A stretch of 64,000 nucleotides of DNA from Lama glama (lineage: Eukaryota): positions 45,200,001 through 45,264,000 of the forward strand of contig CM052817.1 of NCBI GenBank assembly GCA_028534125.1, in the 5' to 3' direction. Below, piece after piece: positions 36,781 through 49,797 of the stretch (within the stretch, counting starts at the first letter, position 1; the number at the start of each line of letters is the position of its first letter). Position numbers and translations under genes: made by a program. A model generated the notes under the pieces. It was not told where the DNA came from and searched no databases. It was given only the letters and a program-made list of their open reading frames with translations.

Positions 36781-37957
36781 ATCCATATTTTTTAACATCT
36801 ATCTGCATCCTATGAACTAGTTATGTAAGTTATAAGATTTAATAAAGAATCTAGTCAGAAAAATGGCCATAATTTATTAAATTAGAAATCTTTGGAATAT
36901 AAAACAAAATGTATCAAAAAAAGTTCTGCTATCCAACTTACTAGATCATACTGTATAAGTTACCTGATCTCTGGGTTTTCATTACCTCATTTTTAAAAAA
37001 GAGAAAAATATCACCTACCTCACAGGCTGCTATGAGGATCAAATAAGATAATGGGCATAAAAGCACTGTAAAATTTAAAGCTCTGTACAAATATAATGCT
37101 GATCTGTACTACCGAATAAGGAAACAGCATTGTCACAAGAGTCGAGGCATAAATGCTCAGTATTTTCTGCTCTCAAACAAGGGGTTCGAATGTCACAAAA
37201 GGTAATGTGACACACCTAATAAGTTAGTTTCTTTGTTAGTTTTTTGTTAGATATAGGCAACTTTGTTATGTACCATTTTAAACCTACTTTAGGTAAGGAT
37301 TTTCTCTTCCTCATTTGAAAAATTTAGGGACCTCAGGAAAAATGATAAAATTAAACTGGGTTACTTTAATTATGAGGAAAAGAAGTATCAATGTTAAAAG
37401 GAAATAGAACTTGAAACGGATCTCAAAAAAAAAGACAGACAATATTGATGAGTTTTATAAATTAATACAAAAAAATGTGAGTAAACAGATATTATTGTGC
37501 ATGCATTATTTTAAAGGGACAATATCAACATATAAGTATTTCAAACTGGAATACCTTCCAGTTCTTACTGAATGTACATAAAATTTGTTTGTATGTATAT
37601 AGATATTCAAATACTATTTTTACTTTTAAATAAACTGCCTCAAAATTTTTTCCCAGGAACATAAAAAGTAATTCAAATAGATTGTCCTACCAGACCAAAA
37701 GCTTTAATTATGCTAAAGCATGTTAAAATATGCACTAGAATATTTTCTGTGTTCTGAACAATCGATTTAGTAGCCATTGAAATATAAGCAGTAATATAAG
37801 ATTATCAAATATTCCTCTTTAATTAAGGGATTCTTATATAATGAAACAAATCTCAAGTTTTTTTTACCAGCCAGAAGAAACATTACTTGATAGTATCCTT
37901 TTATATTATCAGAAATTATGCCTAAAAGCGTTATGCGTATTAAATGCAATCTTTTAC

Positions 37958-37969
37958 CTTCAACATCAT
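37958..37969 (-). CDS. USO1: USO1 alternative 12-nt microexon 4a (adds DDVE)
   Basis: Minus strand reads tttttgtctaccttttcag|ATGATGTTGAAG|gtaaaag; phase 1-1 and frame-preserving; extends the acidic EEEEV loop. Confidence 0.8.
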
Positions 37970-39930
37970 CTGAAAAGGTAGACAAAAATAAATAAATAAA
38001 AAGTGGGTGATAAAGAAAAGTTTCTTATGTAGTACTATTCACAACAAAACAAATAGGAGCTTAAAAACGTCAAATAATAATATAATCTCTTGGAAGGAAA
38101 GATACATACTCATTTTACTCAAGTATCAGAGGTATCCTGACAGAGATATAGCATAGGCTATATCTTCAGGATTAGGAGATAGATTTATTAAAAAATTGAA
38201 GGGTTATAAAATATACCCAAAGTAAATAAATCTAAAATGAAGTTCATTGTGTCAACTAAGAATTACCTTTCGATGAAGCAGTAAAGACAAAGTATCAGTA
38301 ACAGAACTGAAGGCCACATTTCTCAGATCTAGATTTCTAAAAATTGACTCTTTCAGGCTAAGTAAATGTTCAGAAGAAAGTTTAAGTGCATATTTTAATC
38401 TTCCCTAGAAAAAATAAGCCTGCTAGTGTTTTTCTCCAAAGAACCGTTTATCCTGTTTCATCCAAAGGATCATTTTTAGATACTGAATTAAAAATAAAAG
38501 CCCAAATACATAAAGAGCAAAAATCTGGATTTTAAACATTATTAGATTATAAATTTATAACAAAGGAAAAACACCTAACTGCTGCTATACAATTTTTTAA
38601 AATACAAAAATTTTCCAGTATAATCTAGAAAAGAGCTAAATTTTCAATCTGAAACTACTAAGAAAAAATGAAAGAAAAAAAAAGTCTTCTTCTTTAGTGT
38701 TTTCTAATAAGTGTATTGCACCTTTTTTTCTCATCTGAGAAATGACTAGGAGAAACAAGAATCTTTTCCTTCAAAGTGTGTTCTTGTGCATAATGTATTT
38801 AACTATTGTCATATGATTGACAGCCTCTTTTTCCAAGAGAACCAAATTATATTTACTAAAGATTTTTCACCCCTCAGAAATTAATAAAGTTGTCAGCTAG
38901 GTATCATAGAAAAACAAGTATTTAAGAAAAAGGATATTTAAGGCTAAGAAATTGTGACTATTCAACACAACACAGTTTCAAATGTTCCTATTACTGGTGT
39001 TTTGTGAAGTTAATGTCTACCTATATTTCTGCTCTACTTTCATTATAATAAAATATGTACAAACTCAATATCATCTACATTTCTTTATGACTTATCTACT
39101 CAGATTTTGAAAGACCTTAGAACTTCAGTCTGAATTAGACTTATAAAATGCATGATTATGTCCACTCTTCTGATTATCTAGAAAAATGAAAAACCTAGAT
39201 CCAACTGCAGCAGCCAATCTGGTATGAGGATACCACTCTTCAATAGCACTAAAATGTTACACAATGCATGTTTTTACAATACATAGAACAAATTGTACAC
39301 AGATTTCCAGTCAAGTATTTCACAGTTGACAATAAACATAAATGACTTAAGTAAACGACTACCTTAAGTATGCAAGTAATTTGAAACAAAAAAGAAAAAG
39401 AAGGATGTACTAAAGGGATGTGTGGATTTCAAGCTGATTCATATCATTTCACACCAATTAGATTCAATGTAAAGAAAACTTCTAAATTTAAAAAATTGTT
39501 GCTCTTTATAAATTAACATGTCCTATGTTAAAAGTTTAAGTATATAATACGAAAAAAAACCTTCTAACTTCATACTGCTCACCAGATAACATATAAATAA
39601 AATAGCTTAGTTTTCAATCAATAGCCAAAAAATGATTACATAATCTAGAGATTACTAACATTCATTATGCTTAACTAAAACCAAATACAAAGAGGGGGAA
39701 AAATATTTTTTAAAAAAGAAGAAGCTAATTCCATCTCCAAATCACATATAAAGCAACCGTCTTAAAGATATTTTTCTGGAACTAAGCTAACATCTTCCAT
39801 TTATTGATTTCAAAGAAAGAAAGAAAGAAAAAGAAACATAAATAAATTTATAAAATAAACTCAACTTTAAATCAAAATTGACACAATCCAGTTAATTTTA
39901 TGCACAGAAAACACAGTAAAAAAAACTTAC

Positions 39931-40007
39931 CTACTTCTTCTTCTTCATCATTAGATATAATATTATATAGTGTGTCCAAAGCATAACCTATTATTTCAGA
40001 ATCCGAA
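39931..40007 (-). CDS. USO1: USO1 coding exon 4 (SDSEIIGYALDTLYNIISNDEEEEV)
   Basis: cttccag acceptor, G|GTAAGT donor; 77 nt, phase 2 to 1. Confidence 0.97.
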
Positions 40008-40925
40008 CTGGAAGAAACAAAAATTATTATATTTATACACTGATAGTTAGATTATACTTGGTATGACTATTTTAGACTCTTATTTAGCAAGATTGTATAA
40101 AACATTAATTCCATTTCTAAAAACTTACCCCAACAGAATATCAGAGTGCAAATTATAAAGAAATATAAAGGTTCAGTTTTTACTTATAATCATGAAAAAT
40201 TAAAAGCAACCTAAATGTCCAATACTTTTTTAAAGATGTGGTAAATCCATACATATAGCAATGATTAAAAAATGTCTTTTCAAAGAATGTTTAACGACAT
40301 GGTAATTAAAACACCCTTGATTTAATGCCAGTAGGAAAAAATTAAACAATTAAGGTACAAAATGATCCTATTTAGCAAAAAATAAAGATAAAGATACATT
40401 CATGTGTGTCTACATACATTTTAGAAAAACCTTAAAAATAAATTTGTAAAATAAACCCAACTTTAAACAGTAAAATTAGTACAACCCAGGTAATTTGTAA
40501 GTCTGTGTGTTTGTTTATATATATGTTTTGTAATATTGTTTATATAAACATAACAGTATTATCTCTAGTTGGACTACTAGAATTTGTTTCCTTGATAAGT
40601 ATTTTATTTTTAAAAAAAAAATCCCATGGTAAACATGAACTGTTTATAATGTGTCGAAGTATAAGATTTTTAGTCATTGATAAACAGACAAATTTTGAAA
40701 GCATAATGGATGATGATGGTATTTAGAGTGGAAAGCAAAGTGAGATACAGGTCACAAAGATTTAACGAATATGAAGAAGTGATTGGGAGCGAAAGCAAAG
40801 ATGAGGGACAGATGGGGTCACAACCAGAGGATGTAACTCTCAAATGAAGTGGGTTTTTAACATTATTATTACTTTATCTTGTTTTTGAGAAATTTTGAGG
40901 GACATCTTTTTAAGAAACTATCGAG

Positions 40926-42992
40926 AAAGCAGGAATAGAAGGGAACTTCCTCAAAATGAAAATCCCACAACATCATATGTTATGGTGAAAAACTAAATGC
41001 TTTACCCCTACGATCAAGAACAAGATAATGGTGTCTCCTCCAGCCATTTCTTTTCAAAAGAGCTGGAGGTTCCAGCGAGAGCAGTTAGGCAAGAAAAGGA
41101 AATAAAAGGCATACAGATTGGAAAGGAAGAACTAAAACTACACCTATTCACAGAAAATATGATCTTGTACATAGAAAATCCTAAGGAATTCATTAAAAAA
41201 CTACTAGAACTAGTAAACAAATTCAGCAAAGTTGAAGGACACATGCTTAATATAAAAAAAAAATCAACTGTACTTCTATATACTAGTAATGAACAATCAG
41301 AAAATGAAATTAAGAAAACAATTCCACTTGAATAACATAAAAAGATTAAGATATTTTGGAATAAATTTTACTCAAATACAAGACTCATACACTGAAAACT
41401 ATAAAATACTGTTGAAAGAAATTATCTAAAGCTCAAAAAAATGAAAAGACTTTTGTGTTCATGAACAGGAAGATGTAATGTCGCTAACATGGTAACATAC
41501 CCCAACTTAGTTTATAGTTACACAATCCCTATAAAAATCCCAGGTGCCATTGTTACAGAAATTGACAAGCTGATCATAACAACTGTATGGGAATGCAGGA
41601 TAGCCAAAATAATCTTCAAAAAGAAGAACAAAGTTGAAGCACTCATATTTTCCAACTTCAAAACTTACTACAAAATTACAGTAATCAAGATTATGGCACT
41701 GATATAAGGACAGACATACAGATCAACAGAGCAGAGTCTAAAAATAAAGCCTAACACTTAGTTCAATTGATTTTTGGCAAGGATGCAAAGACCATTCAAT
41801 GAGGAAAGAACAGTCTCTTGAACAAACGGTTCTAGGACAACTATATACATATATGCCAAAAAATGAAGTTAGATCCCTACTTCACATCATATACGAAAAT
41901 TAACTCAAAATGTGATATAAGACCTAAATGTAAGAGCTAAAAGTATAAAACTCTAGGAAGAAAACACTGGCATAAATCCTTAAAGCCTTGGATTAGGCAA
42001 TGGTTTCTTAGCTATGACATCAAAAGCATATGCAAGAAAAGATAAAACAGATAAACTGGATTTTGTCAAAATTAAAAACTTTTGTGTATCAAAGGACACT
42101 ATCAAGAAAGTGAAAAGACAACCCAAAGAATGGGGGAAAAATTTTGCAAATCATGTCTGTTAAGGGAGTTGTATCCAGAATATACACACAATTCAACAAT
42201 AAAAAGACAAGTAACCCAATTAAAAGCAAAGGACTTAGACATTTCTCTAAAAAAATACACAAATGGTCAAAAAGCACATGGAAAGATACTCAGTATCACT
42301 AGTCATTAGGTAAATGCAAGTCAAAACCACAATGAGATGCCAAGTTACACTCACTAGGATGGCCATACAAAAAAAAGGGGGACAATAACAAGTATTGGTG
42401 AGGAGAAATTGAACCTTTATACACTGCAGATAAGATATGAAATGGTGCAGCCACCATGGAAGTGTTAGGTAATTCCTCAAAAAATTAAACAGAGAGTTAC
42501 TACATGACCCAACAACTGGATTCCCTTGTATAAAACATGTTTACACAAAAACCAGTACACAAATATTTATAGTAGCATTATTCATAACAGCCAATAAATG
42601 GAAATATCTCAAATGTCTGTCAACAGATGACTGGATAAACAAATATGACCCATCCACACAATGGAATATTATTCAGCCATAAAAAGGAATGAAATACTAA
42701 TGCATGCTATAACATGGATGGACCCTGAAATATCACGCTAAGTGAAAGAAACCAGACACAAAAGCTGCACATTGTATGATTTCATTTATATGAAGCATCC
42801 AAAATAGTCAAATCCATATAGACAGACAGTAGATTAGTGATTGCTAGGCACTAGTGGGGAGGAGAAAATAGACAACGACAACTAATGGATACTCGATTTC
42901 TTCTGAAGTGATGAAAATGTTTTGGAATTAGTGGTGATAGTTGCACAACATCATGAATATACTAAAACCATGGAAATGTACAGCTAAAAAAA
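40926..42992 (+). mobile_element. 5'-truncated L1 (L1MB-like), ORF2 RT to 3' UTR
   Basis: ORF 40997..41335 is L1 RT-like (AVRQEKEIKGIQIGKEELKLHLFTENMILYIENPK); ORF 41489..41707 (FKTYYKITVIK); poly(A) end; TSD aaactatcRag (40915-25 and 42993-43003). Confidence 0.92.
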
Positions 42993-43429
42993 AAACTATC
43001 AAGGTGTCATAGTTTGGAAACATCAGTGAGGAAACAGACAACTTTCAGGCCCTGAGTGTGGGACTTGGGAGAATGAGCAGTCTCTGCTCAAGATGGCTAT
43101 AAGAGAAGCAGACTCATGCACAGATGGGAAGTTTCAAGCTATGACAAGTAAGGGAACACAGCTCTGTGATGCTTGAAGGATTCTGAGAGGCCAAGAGCAA
43201 AAGCAAAAAAAGTAATGACGATCAGAAGTGGCAAAAGATGGCTGCAGAATATAGACCTCTGCAATCCATGAAGTTAAGACAACACTCACAGAACATTCTG
43301 AAAACAGGAGACAACAGATGAGCATTGGAGGCAAGTGGAAAGAGAATTCAGCACAAGAAAAGGAATGAAACACAAGAAAGCTCATAGGAGTTTGGCTCTG
43401 TTGCCTAAGAGGCATAATAAAACACCCAT

Positions 43430-43832
43430 CAGCCTCTAATGTGATCAATTATTAATTCACACATTCAGAAGGCTATATGATACACACTTTATATAAGAGG
43501 CTGCCTTCTTTTCTGATGGTCTTAGGCGAGAACTCATTTCCTTGCCTTTTCCAGTTCTAGAGGCACCCTTTCTTCATCTTTAAAGAAAGTGAAGACAGAA
43601 GGAGACCTTCTCCTATCACTTTATTCTGCTCTCCTCTTCGGCATTCCTATTCCACTTTTAAGAAACTTTAGGATTACATTGGGCCCACCTGCTTAATCCA
43701 ACATAATCTCCCTATCTCAAAGTCTATAACTTAATCACATCTCTGAAGTCCCTTTTGCCATCTAAGGTAACATTCATAGGTTATGCTGATAGGGTATGAA
43801 CATCTTTGGAGGACCATTATTCTTCCTGCTAC
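43430..43832 (-). mobile_element. MaLR LTR (MLT1C-like)
   Basis: gattacattgggcccacctg...taatcacatctctgaagtcccttttgccat...ccattattcttcctgctaca. Confidence 0.7.
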
Positions 43833-44176
43833 AGCTGCTTACTCTGTATTGATGGATTTATTCAAATGCATTAGAATTACTTGGCTCTGAAAGGTAGCCA
43901 TTGTGAGTTACACTGTCTGAGGATGTTAGGAAAGGCTTTAACTGGTATGAATAAGCAGTTGGGCATTGCCGAAATAAAATTAAAAAGAGGTTATGAGCAT
44001 AAAAAAGCTTATATGCTTTGCTCTGTTTGAAGAACTTGGACGTCACACTGCACTGAGCTGGTGAAAGGCATTAAATAGGCGAGTGATAGATTTACATTTC
44101 AGACAGATTATTCTTGAAATGCATACCCTGAATGGAAGGCCAAAGAGATCAGAGGCAAAGAATATGGTTTGGAGGT

Positions 44177-44695
44177 GGTGGTGGTTTTAAAATATGTCAA
44201 AAAACTCTTTGATACAGCTCTCTTCGAAACGTGGAATCTAATTCTCCTCAAGTGTAGGCTATATTTATTAACTTGCTTCTAGTAAAATAGAATGTGATGG
44301 GATTGATGATATGTGACTTCTAAGACTATGTCCTAAAAGGCACTGTGGCTTCTCTTTGTTCTCTCTCTAGGATCACTTGCTCTGGGAGAAGCCAGCTGCC
44401 ACATCATGAGGATACTCAAGCAATTCTTTAGAGCAACAAGGTGAGGCAGGCGTCTTGCCAACAGCAATGTGAGAGAGCCATCTTGGAATGATATCCTCCA
44501 GCCCTAGGCAAGCCTTCAGATGACTGTAGTCCTGGCTGACATCTTGAATACAACCGTATGAGAGACCCTAAGCCAGAACTACCTAGCTAAGCTACTTCTG
44601 AAATCCTGATCCACAGAAACTGGGACATAGTAAATATTCTTTTCAGCCAGTAAACTTTAAGGTAATTTGTTATGTAGCAATAGATAACTAATACA
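44177..44695 (+). mobile_element. MaLR LTR (MLT1F-like)
   Basis: Ends tttgttatgtagcaatagataactaataca; internal aagccttcagatgactgtagtcctggctgaca; flanks gaggt/gaggc form a likely 5-bp TSD. Confidence 0.8.
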
Positions 44696-45601
44696 GAGGC
44701 TATGAAAATAGTTTATGTGACTGATATTGAGAGCCAGAACTAATACCAACAATGGAAACCAAGAGAATTCATGGATTCCAGCTGTTTTTTGGCCTGGATG
44801 GCATAACAGGTTAGGGAGAGAGATGAGTTCAGTACAAATTCTCTAGTTTCTTGCTTGACTGGAAAGGTGCTATCAACTGGTATGAATCTGGGTCAAAAGG
44901 CAGTTAAAGGGAACGGCAGGGGCAAGCAGAATAAGGGTTAGACAATTGGAGATAAATCAACTTTTGAACACTCTGAATTTAAGATACTTGTGAGAGATCT
45001 TGATATGGTGGAAATATTCACTGAGCAGTTAAAGCTTGTAAGATACATCTAACTAGAGGTAAGATTTGAAAGTTATTCATGCACAGTTGTCAGTTAAAAC
45101 CAAAGATGCATATATAATCTCTTAAAGAGAAACTGAAAGAACTAAAAATAGGCAGAGTGATCTTTTTCTTAATACATGTTCAGATGTAACACTTCACTCT
45201 ATTAATATAGTTTATTTATTAAAAAAAATCCACCAAAAAGTCTGGATAACTGATATACCATAATACACATATTACATTAGAGAACAGTACATTGTAGTAT
45301 ATCTAAGTGAAAATCAACAAGTCCTTTTGCCCAGTTCAAACTTCCACTTTTATGCCTTTAATTAGTAGTTACTTTATTCCACTTTTATATAAGAGAAAAC
45401 TCTCAGCCCCTGGCGGTTGAAATTGTCTGTCCTAATGTTTGGCACAACAATTTGCACCAAGTGTCCAATAACTATTGAAATGACAACTGAAAATAAAAAC
45501 TTAATAGCCTTAATATGTCTATCATTTCTGGAATAGTTACTCTAAAACAAATTAATTAAAATTTCAAGAAAAATTAGGGAGAAAAATCATTAGAGACATA
45601 C

Positions 45602-45666
45602 CGATCTGTTTGTAAAACATGGATAAGATGTTCCATAGCTTGAATACCCACTTCCAAGCGATATTT
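45602..45666 (-). CDS. USO1: USO1 coding exon 3 (KYRLEVGIQAMEHLIHVLQTDR)
   Basis: ttctgcag acceptor, GTATGT donor; 65 nt, ends phase 2; preceded by a 77-nt intron. Confidence 0.97.
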
Positions 45667-45743
45667 CTGCAGAAAAGAAAAATATTATTTAAGTAACTAA
45701 TATCCATCTTAATGAACTTAATAACTGATGAAGTGTTACAGAC

Positions 45744-45830
45744 CTTAGATAATGATTTGAGAGCACGCACAGCATTTCTTCGATCATCCAGTAAAGTAGA
45801 TGAAGCTACTCTGTCACAAAGCTTTTGAAT
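45744..45830 (-). CDS. USO1: USO1 coding exon 2 (IQKLCDRVASSTLLDDRRNAVRALKSLSK)
   Basis: Acceptor AG at 45831-32, donor GT at 45742-43; 87 nt; continues the p115 frame. Confidence 0.97.
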
Positions 45831-48800
45831 CTGTTATGGAAAAATGAAATATCATTAACAGAATAAAAGGAACAAAAAAGAAAGTTTCCCCCCAAATTTA
45901 TACTATTAATTTTGAGAAATAAAATCAACAAATGTGATGTCATAGAAACAGTATTTCACAAATCTAAATACGTATTTAGGTAATATTATAATCTCATTAC
46001 AGAGATCAAACAGATTTTTCAGAGAGACTTGAAAAATGAAAGTGTGGAAGAGCAGTCAAATAAAGTCAGTCATATAAACTGAGGAATTAGTTTGAGAAAT
46101 TAGAACCAGAGCTTTCTAAACAAACTTATTATAACTTTTTGAACCATGAGGGGTGCATTATCCATTAGGATTATGGTAGAAAATGAGAAGTTAATAAATT
46201 TCTTAAAATAATGATTGCTTACATCATAACTTCACCCTGACACTTCCACTATATATTTGAACAAGAAAAGTCAGAACTATTTACCAAAAATTTAAAGTTT
46301 TAAATGTGCCTCAAAATCTAGAAAGATCAAATACCATTATAAAAGCTTTTAATAAATTTTGCAGGAATTAAGATTAGAACTGAATTTAAATTAAACCATG
46401 GAGGATTACTGACAATAGGAAAAAACTGGAAACTGTCCGTCAAGAGAAGAAAAACTAAATAAACTGTGGTACATTCTTCAGTGGGCTACTATGCAGCTAC
46501 TCAAAAGAATTAACTGTACTGACATGAAAACAGTGTGACTTAATAAATAGTGGGGGAAAAAAGAGCAAGTTGTAAAACTATGTAAATTCTGAGCCTTCTG
46601 TAGCAAAAGCACCAAACTGTGTATACGCAAAATTGCATTAAAAAAGAACTGGGTAATTTAAAATTCTAAAACTTCCAGAAGAAAGCACTGGAGAAAATCT
46701 TTGTGACCTTAAATTAGGCAAAGTTTTCTCAGACACATACTAAGAGTACAATCCATAAAAGAAAAACACAGTTTGTACTTCATCATTCTTGTTCTTCAAA
46801 AGACACTGTTGAGAGAATAAAAAGATTAGCCACAGAATGAAAATGCCTGGAAAACACCTGATAAAGAACAGTTTTTACTACTACTATATTCAGGTCCTTT
46901 TATAGCTCTAATAGTTACTGTTTTATTATGTTATTATTCATTCTTTAGTGACAGCTCTAATTAAGATTCTATAAATAAGATTTTGGCATACCACAAACTT
47001 TTGCACCCTATGTGTTGGAATTAATGGTGTATAAATATTTTTTGTTTTCCAAACTATGTTCTGCAGATTTCTAGCGTCCCAGAAGATATTAATAGACTTT
47101 CTATGATCACAGAACCAGTGGGAAACACAAGGTTACACAAAATTAAATAGGTTTCTGCACTGCAGGATTTCTAAGTTTTTACTATCCTGATTTGCATTTC
47201 TTCATACTGTAGATGCAGTATGTTAACCAAGCCTAGCTTGACTTTCTGTTTTTATTTATTCTAACTGCTCACATTTAAAAATTATTCTATCTTGAACTGT
47301 ACTTTCTTCATCATAATTATACGTACTTTCCAAAATGGAAATAAAAATTTCTCTTTATTAAATAACTGTTTGATACTTTATAATTTTTTTTTAACCATGA
47401 AAAACTATGTAGTTATCTCTTAAAAACATGAGCCTCAGTACTCTCAGCTTAAAGAATTTAAGGGCAAAAATAGGTTTCCTAAGCATGATTATAATTTATT
47501 CTATTTGGGTCTTCTACATCTTTTGTTAATTTTTTTTCTAAGTAGTTTAGAGTTGTTATTACGACCAGGAAGGCATTTTCTGCTTCTTCCTAGCCCTAGA
47601 CCTCAAGTACTGGTTCCAGATATGAGATTCCCATCTTGCTTAGAATACTTAGTGCCAGTATCCTATGAGGTTTGAACTCTAGGGTCAGTCCCATCTTTGG
47701 TGAATAGAGAGACTTGTATTAAAATAAGAACTTCCATGTTTTGAAGCTCTTTAATCATTATTTGTTGAATGTGGAAACGTGAAAGCTATTTGATGCTGGC
47801 GGAGACACTTAGCTTTAGGAATACTGGAGGAAAATGATCACAATCCTACAATCTGGGGGTTTGCTTTGTTTTTACTTTCAATCATTTGTGTTCTAACATG
47901 CAAACATTTGAGCCTTAATTTAAAAAAAACTTTTGAGATATACACAAATATAATAATCTTAGTCATTATGGAGATAAATGTAAGTTAGAATAGCAATGTT
48001 ATTTTCAATTTTTCAGACTCACAAAAATTAAAGCAATAGTACTATATACTATGTGATTCCATTTTTATAAACAAGAACACCAAGCAAAACTAATCTACAT
48101 TATTAGGAGTCAGGATGGTGCTTACTCATGGGGCAAACAGTGATGCAGTAAGCACAAAAGAACTTCCAGGGTGCGAGTAATATTCTGTTCCTTGATTTGG
48201 GTGCTGGGTGTGTTCAGGTTGTGAGGTTTACATACATGACATGCACACTTTTCTATATACTTCAATAAAATGAATTTTAAAATAGAACTCTACAGGACAG
48301 ACAAAGATACAGATTAATAAACTTGTTTATATTCTATCAAAAGGAAAATAACCTAAAAAAGTGGCAATTTGACAAAAGCTATTACAACTTAAAATATTCA
48401 TACCCTTTCTGCCAGGCATTCTTACTTCTCGAAATTTATCCTTTAAAAACATGCCCACAACTACACAATGTTATATAGTAGAATGTTCTTTGTAGCAATA
48501 TTTTTAACGGCTAAAAAATAAACCTAGCTTCTGCCACATAAGAATATATTAAATAAGAAATCTGTGACCCAGAAGAGGGCCCTCACCAAACCATGCTGGC
48601 ACCTTGATCTCAGACTTCCAGCCTCCAGAACTGTGAGCAATAAATTTATGCTGTTTATTGAGGAAAAAAGGAGGAGAATCTAAAGGTTCATTCATCAATC
48701 AGAAAACAATTAACTAACATATGGTATACATACACTATGCAGTTAATCAAATGAATGAAGCAGATCCAATGCACTGACATGAAAAGACATCTAAGATACA

Positions 48801-49434
48801 TTAAGTGAAAAAAGAAAACTGTTAATAGTATATTTAGTATGAACTCATTTTGGTTTAAAACTGTATCATTAATAAACTAAGTGAACATGTATAGAAAAAA
48901 ATTAAGACTATGCACGATACTGTCTTTTAGTGGTTGCTGAAAATATTCATTTTCTACATTATTTCTGATGTTTGAATTCTGATAATGAACAAGTATTACC
49001 TTTATAAACAGAAAAAGAGCAGTCATGGAATAAAGTGAAATGGTACTGGAATTTCTGGGGTATTTTCATGACTGAATAAATTCATCTTTTAGAGATGCTA
49101 TCTTCACTCTACTGATCAAAATAACATGAAATCAACTTGTAATTGGTAAAAATAAACTACCATAATAAAAAATCCTCAGTTGGCTCCCTGTTGCCTATAA
49201 GGTAAAATCCTATTTTTTTAGATTAGAATGCACAGTCATTACTCAATCAATAAACACACACTGAGTACACATGTATTTGTTCTCGTGCTAACCGTAATAA
49301 GATATGGTCTGGACCACGAAGAACATGAACAGGAAGACAATTGTGTAAATAAAGTATAACAAGTTAAAAGTATCTAAGTTAGTACTTGTAAAGCAGGTGC
49401 ACAAAAGTAAATCAATTCTATCTGAAAGTGAAAC

Positions 49435-49797
49435 TGCTACAGACTGAATGTTTACTTTCCTGCAAAATGCCTATGTTGAAAGCCTAACCCCTAATGTGAC
49501 AGTATTAGGAGGTGGGGCTTTGGGGATGTGATTAGGTCATGAGAGTGGTGCCCTCATGAATGGAATTAGCACTCTTATGTAAGAGACCCCAGAGAACTCC
49601 TTCAAGCTTTCTGCCACATGAAGACACAGGAGAAGGTGGCGGTCTATGTACTAGGAAGCAGACCCTCACTAGACAAAGAATGTGCCAGCACCTAGATCTT
49701 GGATTTCCCAGCCTCCAGAACTATGGGAAATATGTTTGTTGTTTAAGCCAACTAGCCTATTATATTTTTGTTACAGCAGCCCAAACAGACTAAGACA
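49435..49797 (+). mobile_element. MaLR LTR (MLT1A-like), complete solo LTR
   Basis: TG...CA termini (tgctacagactgaatg...agactaagaca); 5-bp TSD gaaac/gatac. Confidence 0.85.

Noticed and set aside
40997..41707. Reverse-transcriptase-like ORFs as an active element or novel RT system
   Set aside because: Fragments of a truncated, frameshifted L1 with a degenerate catalytic motif (FTENM)
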